Assembly (NCBI GenBank): GCA_947630395.1
Contig: CANRHK010000001.1
Span: 2,708 to 66,707 of the forward strand
DNA length: 64,000 nt
Source: an uncultured Oscillospiraceae bacterium
GTDB taxonomy: Bacteria; Bacillota; Clostridia; Oscillospirales; Oscillospiraceae
Reading direction: 5' to 3'
Position numbers and translations under genes: made by a program. The notes beneath the pieces were generated by a model, which was given only the letters and a program-made list of their open reading frames with translations, searched no databases and was not told where the DNA came from. Within the stretch, counting starts at the first letter, position 1. Each line of letters opens with the position of its first letter. Below are positions 62,816 to 64,000 of this stretch, piece by piece.

Positions 62816-64000
62816 ATGGACAAGCTTGCAATCGAAGGAGGCATCCCCGTGCGGGAGACGCCCCTGAGCTATGGAAGACAATACATTGACGATGCGGACA
62901 TCCAGGCGGTAACGGACGTGCTGAGAAGCGATTATCTGACCTGCGGCCCCCGCATCTCTCAGCTGGAGGAGCGGCTGTGCGAAGTCACCGGCGCCAGATA
63001 CTGTGTCGCGGTGAGCAGCGGGACCGCCGCCCTCCACATTGCGGCAATCGCCGCCGGCATCGGGGAGGGGGACGAGGTCATCACCACCCCGATCACCTTT
63101 GCCGCCTCCGCTAACTGTGCGCTGTACTGTGGCGCAAGGCCCGTCTTTGCGGATATCAACCCCGAGACCTACAACATCGATCCCGCTTCCATAGAAGCCC
63201 ACATCACGGATCGGACCCGGGCGGTAGTGGCCGTGGATTTCACCGGACAGGCCGCAGAGCTCGACGCCATCCGCGCCATCTGCAAACGGCACGGGCTGGT
63301 TCTGATCGAGGACGCCGCTCATTCCATCGGCACCCGATACAAGGGACAGCCTGTGGGCAGCATCGCGGACCTGACCGCCTTCAGCTTTCATCCGGTCAAA
63401 ACCGTGACCGCCGGCGAGGGCGGAGCCGTCACCACCAACAGCAAATCGCTGTACGACAAACTGGTTCTGGCACACGCCCACGGCATTACCAGAGACCGGA
63501 GCCTGATGGTCCATCCCACCGACGATCCCTGGTACAACGAGCAGGTGGGATTCGGCTACAACTACCGCATGACCGATTTTCAGGCGGCGCTGCTCATGAG
63601 CCAGCTGGATAAGCTGGCAGCCTTTTCCAGACGCCGCAGGGAGATCGTCGCCAGGTATGACGAGGCGTTCTCCCGCATCCCTCAGCTGCAGGTACAGCGC
63701 GAGATGCCCGAATCCGACACCACCCGCCACCTGTATATCCTTCGCTTCCACAAGGAACAAATGTCCTGCGACAGGCGGCAGTTTTTTGACGCCCTCACGG
63801 CGGAGGGGATTCGTCCACAGGTCCACTATCTGCCCGTCTACTGGCACTCTTACTATGAAAAACTCGGCTACCAAAAGGGCCTTTGCCCCAACGCGGAAAA
63901 ATATTACATGGAGTCCATGAGCCTGCCGCTGTACTACTCCCTCACCGACGAGGACGTGCAGGATGTGATACGGGCTGTGGAAAAAATTGTGGAGAGGTAT
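62816..64000 (+). CDS. pseC: UDP-4-amino-4,6-dideoxy-N-acetyl-beta-L-altrosamine transaminase-like (DegT family), runs off the right edge
   Basis: Hand translation MDKLAIEGGIPVRETPLSYGRQYIDDADIQAVTDVLRSDYLTCGPRISQLEERL...VITTPITFAASAN...FSFHPVKTVTAGEGGAV...HGITRD... includes the PLP lysine context FHPVK. The SD AGGAGAAG lies 5 nt upstream. The frame is open for 395 codons to the window end. The 362-aa minus-strand ORF over it is antisense noise. Confidence 0.78.
   Translation, partial: MDKLAIEGGIPVRETPLSYGRQYIDDADIQAVTDVLRSDYLTCGPRISQLEERLCEVTGARYCVAVSSGTAALHIAAIAAGIGEGDEVITTPITFAASANCALYCGARPVFADINPETYNIDPASIEAHITDRTRAVVAVDFTGQAAELDAIRAICKRHGLVLIEDAAHSIGTRYKGQPVGSIADLTAFSFHPVKTVTAGEGGAVTTNSKSLYDKLVLAHAHGITRDRSLMVHPTDDPWYNEQVGFGYNYRMTDFQAALLMSQLDKLAAFSRRRREIVARYDEAFSRIPQLQVQREMPESDTTRHLYILRFHKEQMSCDRRQFFDALTAEGIRPQVHYLPVYWHSYYEKLGYQKGLCPNAEKYYMESMSLPLYYSLTDEDVQDVIRAVEKIVERY

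Noticed and set aside
62786-63874. 362-aa minus-strand ORF at the right edge
   Set aside because: It is antisense to the clearly recognisable DegT/PseC-type gene (FHPVK lysine context, proper SD). Its own translation is low-complexity G/V/D/A-rich.

Overview
High-GC (by eye about 58-60%) Clostridia-type chromosomal segment, almost fully coding and almost entirely on the minus strand. The left ~2.7 kb is visibly lower in GC. It holds a FlxA-like gene, a small hypothetical gene, a truncated AgrC-type kinase fragment and a decayed large-serine-recombinase remnant. Next come envelope and housekeeping genes: S8 peptidase, HMA protein plus Zn/Cd-type P1B ATPase, glmM, a long-form clpX, htrA and glmS. 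From about 13.2 kb to the right edge lies a >50 kb cell-envelope glycan locus. It contains an LCP ligase, a WbaP-type initiating phosphotransferase, several GT2 enzymes (one a two-domain polymerase-like protein), and a WbdD-like methyltransferase/kinase-like protein next to Wzm/Wzt, where Wzt carries a C-terminal extra domain. It also contains two GH25 muramidases, rfbB plus wecE (dTDP-4-amino-4,6-dideoxyhexose), a GtrB/ArnC-like polyprenyl-phosphate sugar synthase and nine polytopic GT-C-like membrane protein genes. Among these nine are two paralogous pairs, one gene split by an in-frame TGA and one frameshifted at a G7 tract. The locus further carries pseudaminic acid genes (pseC, pseH, pseG, pseI, pseF) with an FkbH-like/ACP insert, a GT52-like transferase with sialyl motifs, and a PglK/MsbA-like ABC exporter. 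I saw no rRNA, tRNA, CRISPR array or intact mobile element. The ORF track renders alternative start codons (TTG/GTG) as M, so several starts were re-picked by hand from ATG plus Shine-Dalgarno context. All family names come from motif recognition by eye, not from searches.
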